From: Octopus sinensis
Lineage: Eukaryota
Assembly: GCF_006345805.1 (NCBI RefSeq)
Contig: NW_021826669.1
Span: 1 to 12,200 of the forward strand
Direction: 5' to 3'
DNA length: 12,200 nucleotides
Both the position numbers and the translations under genes were made by a program. Below, piece after piece: positions 1-7,822 of the stretch (position 1 is the stretch's first letter; every line of letters begins with the position of its first letter). The notes under the pieces were generated by a model. The model saw only the letters and a program-made list of their open reading frames with translations. It was not told the origin of the DNA and ran no database searches.

Positions 1-120
1 ATAATCGTCGTCATCATCATCATCGTCATCATCATCATCATCGTCATCATCATCATTATCTTTATCAATATCATCATCGTCATCGTCATACCCAGCATCA
101 TTGTGATCAGTATCAGCATA
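1..120. repeat. Imperfect (ATC/GTC)n trinucleotide microsatellite
   Basis: Visible atc/gtc reiteration from position 1. Confidence 0.9.
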
Positions 121-162
121 TCTTTGTGCTTTACTATTTTCCTCCTTTGTTCCACATTTCAG

Positions 163-600
163 TAGTTGTTGTTGTTGTTGTTGTTGTTGTTGTTCTTCTT
201 CTTCTTCTCTTCTTCACCTTCTTCTTCTTCTTCTTCTTCTTCTTCACTTTCTTCACCTTCTTCACTTTCTTCACCTTCTTCTCTTTCTTCACATTCTTCT
301 TCTTCTTCCTCCTCCTCCGCCTTCTCATTCGTCTCCTTTTTCTTTTTCTCTTCTTTCTCTTTTGACTCCTTTTTCTTCTTCTCCTCCTTCTCCTTCTTTT
401 CCTTTTCCTCATCTTCCTCCTCCTCCTTCTTCTTCTTCTTCCCCTTCTTCTTTCCTTCCTTCCCCTCTTCCTTCTTCCTTTTGTTTCTCTTTCTTCTTCA
501 ACTCTTCCTTCTTAGTCTTCTTCTCTATCCCGTTATATTTCTCCATCTTTTCCATCTTTATGTTCTTCTACTTCAAATTACTCTCCTCGTTCTTTTCCTT
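163..600. repeat. (GTT)n followed by a long (CTT/CCT)-rich polypyrimidine tract
   Basis: gtt repeats to ~193, then almost pure C/T to ~600. This explains the poly-F/S/K/R ORFs. Confidence 0.92.
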
Positions 601-670
601 CAAAGTACAATAATCAAATTTTACACCCTATAAATTAAGGGATAATTACAATAAAATTAATGTCGGTAAT

Positions 671-972
671 TTAATCACCCCGCCTAGAGGCGTCGTTGAT
701 CATCAGCCTCCATTCTCGTCTTTCACATTTAAGACTCACTAAGTTAATAGGTCAGTCTTTCAGTAGCCATTAGTTCGACCAACGGATATCCTTTTCTTGC
801 CTTCCCACAATCCTCTTCCACAATTCTTTCTCCTTTCAGTCGTCCAATTGTTGCAAAATGTACAAAACTTCCTTTGTCTTTTCATTTGATGTCCAAATTA
901 CTGACCCTGTTGCGTCCTATTCTTTCTTATGTTAAGAGGTTTTCTGATAGATTCTACTCGTCAAAGGATTCT
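671..972 (-). pseudogene. Degraded 3' end of an RTE-clade LINE ORF (C-terminal region)
   Basis: Manual minus-strand translation across frameshifts gives RIL*RVESIRKPLNIRKNRTQQGQ*FGHQMKRQ / VHFATIGRLKGER / GRQEK / ERREWRLMINDASRRGD* (stop at 673-671). This is colinear with the RTE C-terminal pattern as I recall it (LL..IRKRQL.FFGHIMR..HL.TTGK.EGKR.RGRQR..DR..WR.MI.NA.R.G.*). Confidence 0.7.
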
Positions 973-975
973 AAT

Positions 976-983
976 TCTCTCTT

Positions 984-1053
<70 letters not shown>

Positions 1054-1124
1054 TCACAAACACACACATTCATGCACACGCACACATACACTCTCTCGTT
1101 CACACTCTCTCGCCTTCTCTTTCT

Positions 1125-1169
<45 letters not shown>
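976..1169. repeat. Compound microsatellite (CT)n-(CA)n-(GATA)n
   Basis: Seen directly. Confidence 0.95.
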
Positions 1170-1280
1170 CAGAATCCTTATTTCTTGCAATATAGGTGCT
1201 ATTCAGCACCCTTATTCAATTAGTGACTATAAGATTTTCTTTTATGGTTTTATATGCGCATAGCTGCTATATTGATTATC

Positions 1281-1300
1281 TATATATATATATATATATA

Positions 1301-1343
<43 letters not shown>

Positions 1344-1362
1344 ATATATATATATAATATAT
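1281..1362. repeat. (TA)n microsatellite
   Basis: Seen directly. Confidence 0.95.
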
Positions 1363-1365
1363 TAT

Positions 1366-1418
1366 GGCGGTGCCCCAGCATGGCCACAGCTCATTAGCTG
1401 AAACTGGAAAAATAAAAA
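1366..1418 (+). mobile_element. Isolated 3' tail of SINE family B (or of its partner LINE)
   Basis: ggcggtgccccagcatggccacagctcattagctgaaac matches the tails at ~3011-3050 and ~6039-6078. Confidence 0.75.
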
Positions 1419-1509
1419 TCAAATATATATATACATACATATGTTTTTTTTCCTTCTTTCTTCAAGTTTTTTCCGTTTCTCGCCGAATGTTTTCCGTACA
1501 CCTAGGGCA

Positions 1510-1585
1510 TTATATTATTATTATTAGTAGTAGTAGTAGTAGTAGTAGTATCTTATTATTATTATTATTATTATTATTATCATTA
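1510..1585. repeat. (TAT)n/(TAG)n microsatellite
   Basis: Seen directly. Confidence 0.9.
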
Positions 1586-1892
1586 TCAAGGATACAATCT
1601 ATATAAGATTTTATGAAGTAGCTACCATGTAAAACCCTTTAGGTATAAATAATAGAGAATATATATATATATTATATATATATATATATATAGATATATA
1701 TTAGCCTATATCTATGTGATAAATAAAGTAGTTTTAGAGTCATTTGAAATATTCTAGAAGTGGCTCTACCAGGTAATTGACCTTATTATAATTAATATGC
1801 ATACATTATATATATATTATATTATATATAAAAGCATTTTTTGCATAATGAAATAAAACACCAAAGCTGTATAGGTATTAGAACATTTATAG

Positions 1893-1945
1893 ATAGAAGG
1901 TCTTGCAGCTATTTCCAGGATATTTATTAATTATAGCCCTTCTAT
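1893..1945 (-). ncRNA. Decayed Penelope-type minimal hammerhead ribozyme remnant (CUGANGA box missing)
   Basis: Minus strand: atagaagg-gctataattaataaatatcct-g-GAAA-tagctg-ca-agaccttctat. It has an 8-bp stem I (atagaagg/ccttctat), a stem II remnant, GAAA and a near-palindromic stem III, but no CUGANGA. Confidence 0.4.
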
Positions 1946-2173
1946 TCGCTGCCGTTTCCTAATTCATGCAGAATATATATATACAAGGGTTGGACAAAAT
2001 AATGGAAACACCTAGCATCATAGAAGCATAATTTTGAAATATCTATAAAACTGTCAAAAGCTTGTTTATTTTAGTTTTTTTTTTATTCATTATTAGTGTT
2101 GCTTAATATGCTTTGCTAAAACTGCTGTTTCTTTTCAGATATCATCAGTAAAAGATAATTAAAATCCATTAAA

Positions 2174-2254
2174 ATGAAAGATCTATTGGATTTTCAAAGA
2201 GGTTAAATTGTTGGTGCTCGTATGGCAGGCGCTAGCGTAACGAAGACAGCCGAA
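2174..2254 (+). pseudogene. Tc1 transposase N-terminus (paired-like HTH) with premature stop
   Basis: MKDLLDFQRG*IVGARMAGASVTKTAE matches the Tc1 pattern DLSDFQRGQIVGARLAGASVTKTA. Confidence 0.85.
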
Positions 2255-2421
2255 GTAGTGGTTTTCTGATTGCAGCCCTCCCGAAATCTGGCTTTGTGCA
2301 GCTCCCGGCGACCAGTTTTTGTGGAAACTGTGTTCTCGAAGTGCTCTGCAGTAATTTTGGGAGCTGTATTTTTGTGATCCTTTCTAACAATTCGCGTAAG
2401 AGTCCGACGGTCCCTATCTGA
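2255..2421 (-). pseudogene. Tc1 transposase second HTH segment, inverted relative to the N-terminus
   Basis: SDRDRRTLTRIVRKDHKNTAPKITAEHFENTVSTKTGRRELHKA, then a frameshift to GRAAIRKPLL (ORFs 2203..2448 and 2232..2555). Confidence 0.88.
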
Positions 2422-2660
2422 ATCCAAAGTTGATACGTCATTAAACAAAAGGACAGCCTTATTATATGGAGATAAAATGACAGTCGTGAGTAGCCATCAG
2501 CACGATCGTTGTCCGACCTTGTCTCTGGTAGCCGAAGGAATTTAAGCTTATACAAAAAAGAGTAGAATACGTGGCATAGGTAATTTGCATAATTTAACCA
2601 AGAATGAAGAAAGAGAAATAATACAGAGTTGCCAGTCCCTTATATTTAAATAACATAAAC

Positions 2661-3072
2661 GTGGCTGTGTGGTAAGTAGCTTGCTAACCAACCACATGGT
2701 TCCGGGTTCAGTCCCACTGCGTGGCACCTTGGGCAAGTGTCTTCTGCTATAGCCCCGGGCCGACCAACGCCTTGTGAGTGGATTTGGTAGACGGAAACTG
2801 AAAGAAGCCATACATATATATGTATATATATGTATATGTATGTGTATGTGTTTGTGTGTCTGTGTTTGTACCCCTAGCATTGCTTGACAACCGATGCTGG
2901 TGTGTTTACGTCCCTGCCACTTAGCTCCCTGTCACTTAGCGGTTCGGCAAAAGAGACCGATAGAATAAGTACTGGGCTTACAAAGTCCGGGGTCAAGTTG
3001 CTCGACTAAAGGCGGTGCTCCAGCATGGCCGCAGTCAAATGACTGAAACATGTAAAAGAGTAAAAGAGTAAA
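2661..3072 (+). mobile_element. tRNA-derived SINE family B (~410 bp, CORE-like ccttgggcaagt, internal microsatellite), near full length
   Basis: A box tggctgtgtggt, B box gggttcagtccc, a central (TA/TG)n and a (gtaaaaga)n tail; homologous to 5360-6091 and 8497-8888. Probably one of the described octopus SINEs (OK/OR1/OR2 group); exact name not determined. Confidence 0.92.
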
Positions 3073-3280
3073 TATACAAGCATTTCAAATAGCTTACAGC
3101 ATGAATTAGGACAGCTGTATTATTCGTTTAAGGAACCACATTTGTAAGTTTTTATTGTACCCTGCTTCCGGGTCATACAGCTGTGTGTAAGGATAGGTTC
3201 TGAGTCTGTCTTCTAAAACTCTATCACATCCCCACAACTGAAATAAATGTCTTCTTCAATTAAATAAACAAAGAAAATAT

Positions 3281-3492
3281 GGTTTCAAATTTTGGCACGA
3301 GGCCAGCAATTTCGGGAGAAGGGCTAAGTCGATTAAATTGACCGCAGTCATCGACTGGCACTCATTTTATCGACTCCTAAAGGATGAAAGGCAAAGCTGA
3401 CTTCGGCGGAATTTGAACTCAGAACACGAAGACAGATGAAAAGCCGCTAAGCATTTGCTCGGCGTGCTAATGATTCTGCCAGCTCGCCGCCT
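3281..3492 (-). mobile_element. tRNA-derived SINE family A, older subfamily with an alternative 3' tail
   Basis: Minus strand ggcggcgagctggcagaatc, B box gagttcaaattcc, gcctttcatccttt core, tail ending gccaaaatttgaaacc. Confidence 0.88.
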
Positions 3493-3718
3493 CACTAAAC
3501 AAAGGAAAAAAAGCAACAAAAAAATGTAGACAACAGGAATAAGACAAATATTTGTGACCAAAACAACATTGTAAAATGTCACTAGGGACAAAACAACAAC
3601 AACAACAACAACAACAAAACGGCCATACTAAACACACATTATCACCATAACACTAACATGTACAAAATACTAAAGAAACAAGCCCCTCTATCAAACACAA
3701 TTTCTAAAACCAGTCACT

Positions 3719-3794
3719 ACACACACACACACACACACACATACACACACTCATTCACTCACTCACTCACTCGCATGCACGTACACACACACAC
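3719..3794. repeat. (CA)n/(CACT)n microsatellite
   Basis: Seen directly. Confidence 0.9.
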
Positions 3795-4144
3795 AGAAGA
3801 CTGAAACGCGATCTGTGAGATACACAATCTTCCATCTTGATCGTGACTTTGATATCGTCTTTCTATGCGATACCAAAAACATTATAGAGAAATCCCAAAC
3901 TCAAGAGCCTCGGGGCTCGATGTAATCACAAAAATGCACCATAAAAAATATCACCGACTTCCTGAAATAATTATTGAACACAAAAAATACAATAAACACT
4001 AACTATTCAATCGTACGGAATCACAAGAATCTGGAAACTGCAACAAAATTATAAGAAAAACCCAATCGAAGTTGCATCGTATAAACTTAGGGCCTTTTTT
4101 TCTGTTTTATGAGCTGCTACATATTCGTTTGAAATGCAAAAAAA

Positions 4145-4313
4145 GTCGACCAAAATCTCCCTCAAAATGTATCCTAGCATTTTTAGAAACACATTAGATT
4201 ACATCAGTCCTAGGTATATTATGCCTGAAAATTAGAAGAGATGGTCATGGCTAGAATACTTTCCATCCTTGATCTTTGCATGAGAATTGTTTGGCGGGTG
4301 GGATAAACAACAA
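4145..4313 (+). mobile_element. Dispersed repeat family C (old, SINE/LINE-tail-like), copy 1
   Basis: ccaaaatctccctcaaaat..acacattagattacatcagtcctagg..tggtcatggctagaat..taaacaacaa aligns by eye with 4435-4520 plus 4991-5075. Confidence 0.6.
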
Positions 4314-4533
4314 TAGACCTAGAAAGATGCCCGTAAATATCACCAACCCATACATTGCCCGATACCAATCACAGTTATGAGTTCAGGTCACTATATTTAC
4401 CCGCCAACCGAAAGACAATGAAGAAACCTCGATAAAACAGCAGCCAAATCTTACTCAAAATCATACCCAACAGTTTTAGCAAAAGGCACATTGGATAATG
4501 TCAGTCCTGGGACTCCTGCACATAATATATAGC

Positions 4534-4990
4534 TTTACTACCCACAAGGGACTAAATATAGAGGGGACAAACAAGGACAGACAAAGGGATTAAGTCGATT
4601 ACATCGACCCCAGTGCGAAACTGGTACTTTATTTATCGACCCCGAAAGGATGAAAGGCAAAGTCGACTTCGGCGGAATTTGAACTCAGAACGTAGCAGCA
4701 GGCGAAATACCTATTTCTTTATTACCCACAAGGGGCTAAACACAGAGGGGACAAAAAGGACAGACATAGGTATTAAGTCGATTACATCGACCCCAGTGCG
4801 TAACTGGTACTTAATTTATCGACCCCGAAAGGATGAAAGGCAAAGTCGACCTCGGCGGAATTTGAACTCACAACGTAACGGCAGACGAAATACGGCTATG
4901 CATTTCGCCCAGCGTACTAACGTTTCTGCCAGCTCGCCGCGAAATACCGCTAAGCTTTTCGCTCGGTGTGCTAACGATTCTGCCAGCTCG
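4534..4990 (-). mobile_element. SINE family A outer copy (4534-4711 plus 4939-4990), interrupted by a younger copy
   Basis: Joining 4711 to 4949 rebuilds one continuous SINE; gcgaaatacc is duplicated at 4702-4711 and 4939-4948. Confidence 0.9.
4712..4938 (-). mobile_element. SINE family A inner copy, near full length
   Basis: Runs from head (ggcgagctggcagaaacgttag) to tail (taaagaaata); highly similar to 7189-7409 and 10707-10937. Confidence 0.93.
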
Positions 4991-5359
4991 ACAGACTGAG
5001 TGGTCACAGCCAGAGTGTCTTTGAATATAAGTCTGCTCTAACATGGCTGACCTATGGCTAAACCACGATTACAACAAAAATTCACACTTAGGACCATCGT
5101 TCATCAATGTTCACCGTGTAAATACAGATATGATCAAGTTTTGCTTTTTTGGTTGTTTCTTGCTTTTTTATGATCACCAGCAAACAGACAAGTCACTTTT
5201 TCCTCTTCACCGATGTTTGTCCAAGATGAAGAAAACGCTTTGGGCCAATACATCTTGGCACCAGGGTCGTTACAGATGCTACTAACAAAATGCAAATATC
5301 CAAAACAGATACTACCAGACAGACACTGCCCGACCCACTAAGAGGTTTCCTAAAGTTTC

Positions 5360-5555
5360 GGCGCGGGCATGGCTGTGGCGTAAGAAGCTTGCTCCCCACC
5401 ATATGGTCCCGAGTTCAGTCCCACCGCGTGGCACCTTGGGCAAGTGTCTTATATTATTGCCTCGGCGACCACTACCTTGTGGGTGTATTTGGTAGGCGGA
5501 AACTGAAAGAATCCCATCGTGTGTATATATGTATATATATATGTATATATCTATC

Positions 5556-5591
<36 letters not shown>

Positions 5592-6091
5592 GATTCAAAG
5601 TCAGTGATCAACTCTTACGATACCGGTATGACTTTGAATCTATATAATTATTCATAATAATGATTTTTATACTTAATAATTCCACCTCAAATCATCTAAT
5701 TGTATGTATATATCTATGCTTTATTTTAAAAAAAGCCTTTACTTTTTATATCTAATGTGCATTTTCTTTGTTTTCATTTATATATATATAGCTGGCATAT
5801 AAAACCGATTTAAGAGGAAACATGGTAACCGCCAAGATTATATATCCCTTTGAACTAATTTTGGGATGTGTGTGTGTCTGTGTCTGTGTTTGTGCCTCTC
5901 CATTGCTTGACAACCGGTGTTGGGTATAATTACGCCCCAGTAACTTAGCAGTTCGGCAAAAGATAACTATAGAATAAGTACCAGGCTTAACTAAAAGCAA
6001 GTACTGAAGTCAATTCATTCGACTAAAATAATATTCAAGGCGGTGCCCAAGCATGGCCGCAGTCTAATGGTTGAAGCAAGATAAAAGATAA
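5360..6091 (+). mobile_element. SINE family B, diverged, with a ~280-bp insertion in its central microsatellite
   Basis: Head 5360-5520 (tggctgtggcgtaag, gagttcagtccc, ccttgggcaagt), tail 5866-6091 (gcttgacaaccgg..ggcggtgcccaagcatggccgcagtc), and unrelated AT-rich sequence at ~5590-5865. Confidence 0.85.
5592..5640 (+). ncRNA. Type I minimal hammerhead-ribozyme-like motif (Penelope type), variant or decayed core
   Basis: A perfect 12-bp stem I (gattcaaagtca/tgactttgaatc) encloses gtgatca (CUGANGA position), actcttac, gata (GAAA position), ccgg and ta (GUA cleavage triplet) with canonical spacing. Confidence 0.55.
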
Positions 6092-6205
6092 TTTCTGTCG
6101 ACTTAGAACGGATTAAAGACAAAGTTAATCTTAGCAGGATTTAAACTTGGAGCAGAGGTAATCGAAACCAATGTCACGTGACATTTTACCCATTACTCTA
6201 AAGAT
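6092..6205 (-). mobile_element. Highly degraded SINE family A fragment
   Basis: tcgacttagaacggattaaagacaaagttaatcttagcaggatttaaactt resembles tcgaccccgaaaggatgaaaggcaaagtcgacctcggcggaatttgaactc. Confidence 0.65.
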
Positions 6206-6228
6206 AGAAAATGGCGAGTTGGTAAATT

Positions 6229-6345
6229 CACGGTCGTCATACTGCTCAAAAACAAGGATGTTTTCGACAATACCCAGAAAATCCCCGATATTGTATCATT
6301 CTAGGTACCAACGACATCAGCAAAACTTTTATTCCATATACTGAT
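6229..6345 (+). pseudogene. Possible SGNH-esterase (LINE ORF1-type) fossil
   Basis: HGRHTAQKQGCFRQYPENPRYCIILGTNDISKTF; compensating 1-nt shifts give ENPDIV-IILGTNDI, resembling SGNH block III (PD.V.I..GTND). Confidence 0.35.
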
Positions 6346-6760
6346 ATTTAAAATCTAAATTCTAGAAATTCTTCGAAGAAACTAAAATATGACTCTGACG
6401 AACCAACTAGTTCTCAGAGTGCCAAACTTCTGTAGAATACAGTACAAAGTTTTAAAGAATTTATGATTCCCCGAACGCAGTTATTTCTTCAGCCTTTTCT
6501 ATTCTTACCAACACATGTTCACACCTTGCCATCCATGCAGCGCCGTCACGTGCCTCTCACCGTTCCCTAAACACAGCACCACCATAACGACTTCTGCAAC
6601 CCTCTATCAATCACCAAGAATGCTGGCTCCACCACAACAGACTCTACTGTAGCACCTACCATAATCTATTGTTCCTCTTCTTGCAAGCAATAACACCAGA
6701 CAATAAGAATTTCAACTAAATATCACACTCCACAACACGCTTTGATGTGACACCTTACAA

Positions 6761-6765
<5 letters not shown>

Positions 6766-6817
<52 letters not shown>

Positions 6818-6865
6818 CTCTTTCTCTCTCTCTCTCTTTCTTTCTTTTTCTCTATCTATCTCTCA
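6766..6865. repeat. (CT)n microsatellite
   Basis: Seen directly. Confidence 0.95.
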
Positions 6866-6980
6866 CATGGACCTTATCTTTCTTTCTCAAACACTCATGT
6901 CTCTATTTCTCTTTACTTTGCATTAACACCACAGATTATCAACTACAGCCAACCATCACACACTCAACAGCATAACTATA

Positions 6981-6981
<1 letters not shown>

Positions 6982-7026
<45 letters not shown>

Positions 7027-7188
7027 TCCACACACTTACACATGTATACACACACAGAATACACAAATAAACACACGCACAGATATTCAGATATATCTTT
7101 GAAAAAGAAACATACCGGAATACGCACACACACATAAACATATATACATAGATATGCATACATGCATACAAATACATACATACATACA
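6982..7188. repeat. (CA)n followed by degenerate (CA/TA/TACA)n
   Basis: Seen directly. Confidence 0.85.
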
Positions 7189-7409
7189 TATTTCTTTACT
7201 ACCCACAAGGTGCTAAACACAGAGAGGACAAACAAGGACAGACACACGGATTAAGTCGATTACATCGACCCCAGTGCGTAACTGGTACTTAATTTACCGA
7301 CTCCGAAAGGATGAAAGGCAAAGTCGACCTCGGCGGAATTTGAACTCAGAACGTAACGGCAGACGAAATACGGCTACGCATTTCGCCCGGCGTGCTAACG
7401 TTTCTGCCA
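7189..7409 (-). mobile_element. SINE family A, young copy, slightly 5'-truncated, inserted in (TACA)n
   Basis: Near-identical to 4712-4938 and 10707-10937; catacatacata on both flanks. Confidence 0.94.
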
Positions 7410-7454
7410 CATACATACATACATACATACATGTGCGCATGCTTATATGTGTAC

Positions 7455-7532
7455 ACTATATCTGAAATAGCCACAACTGGAATGTCTTTGACCATAGGTC
7501 TTCTCCATCAAGAACGATTTAGTGCTAAACAA
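7455..7532 (+). mobile_element. Dispersed repeat family C, 3' fragment
   Basis: gccacaactggaatgtctttgaccataggtct..gctaaacaac aligns with 5001-5065. Confidence 0.5.
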
Positions 7533-7754
7533 CGGTCATTACACCATTCTAAGAACAACATACACGACTACCAGCACCACCATTTCCCTATGTCGAGCCG
7601 AACACAGAACCATATATAGACACAAGAATAGTTAACAACATTATGTAGAGCCGTTCTTTCCTCCTATAAGCCACGGTCGACCACGCGTCTGTACAGGCTT
7701 GAGGAAAGATCTTTTTGAGATCTAACAATTGACCGCTTATGCCCTCTTCTTGGC

Positions 7755-7822
7755 ACCAACGGGATTTGAATTCAGAACATAAAATGCTGAAAGAAATACC
7801 GCAATGCAGTTTTCCTGGCGTC
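7755..7822 (-). mobile_element. Degraded SINE family A head fragment
   Basis: gggatttgaattcagaaca..gaaataccgcaatgcagttttcctggcg resembles ggaatttgaactcagaacg..gaaatacggctacgcatttcgcccggcg. Confidence 0.6.

Larger units (their letters stand above)
1984..2421 (+). mobile_element. Tc1-family DNA transposon remnant: left TIR, leader, transposase 5' part, then an inverted transposase segment
   Basis: TA|CAAGGGTTGGACAAAATAATGGAAACACCT is a Tc1-type TIR that follows (TA)n; transposase fragments lie downstream. No right TIR found. Confidence 0.88.
4435..5075 (+). mobile_element. Dispersed repeat family C, copy 2, split by nested family A SINEs
   Basis: 5' half 4435-4520 (ccaaatcttactcaaaat..gcacattggataatgtcagtcctggg) and 3' half 4991-5075 (tggtcacagccagagtgtctttga..gctaaacc). 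Confidence 0.55.

Noticed and set aside
126-633. Poly-F/S/L and K/R-rich ORFs, including a protamine-like 92-aa ORF
   Set aside because: They are translations of the (GTT)n/(CTT)n tract; such repeats lack stops in most frames, and there is no other coding evidence.
964-1179. 9-bp inverted repeat aaggattct/agaatcctt around the compound microsatellite (MITE?)
   Set aside because: Too short, no TSD, and the left copy lies within the RTE fossil.
1441-1509. Short non-microsatellite island that might be a Penelope-type fragment
   Set aside because: No second copy or diagnostic motif in the window.
2661-2735. tRNA genes at SINE heads
   Set aside because: A and B boxes are present but I could not fold a full cloverleaf, and the sequence continues into the SINE body.
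3800-3925. DFDIVFLCDTK resembling an APE endonuclease DI..L.ET motif
   Set aside because: A single weak motif lacking the Glu, with no other APE blocks.
4534-4990. Repeated units that could be mistaken for a CRISPR array, or the 128-aa repeat ORF
   Set aside because: These are nested SINE copies with no spacer structure, in a eukaryotic context.
2583-5297. Octamer motifs (atttgcat 2583-2590, atgcaaat 5290-5297)
   Set aside because: Expected by chance in AT-rich DNA; no snRNA or promoter context.
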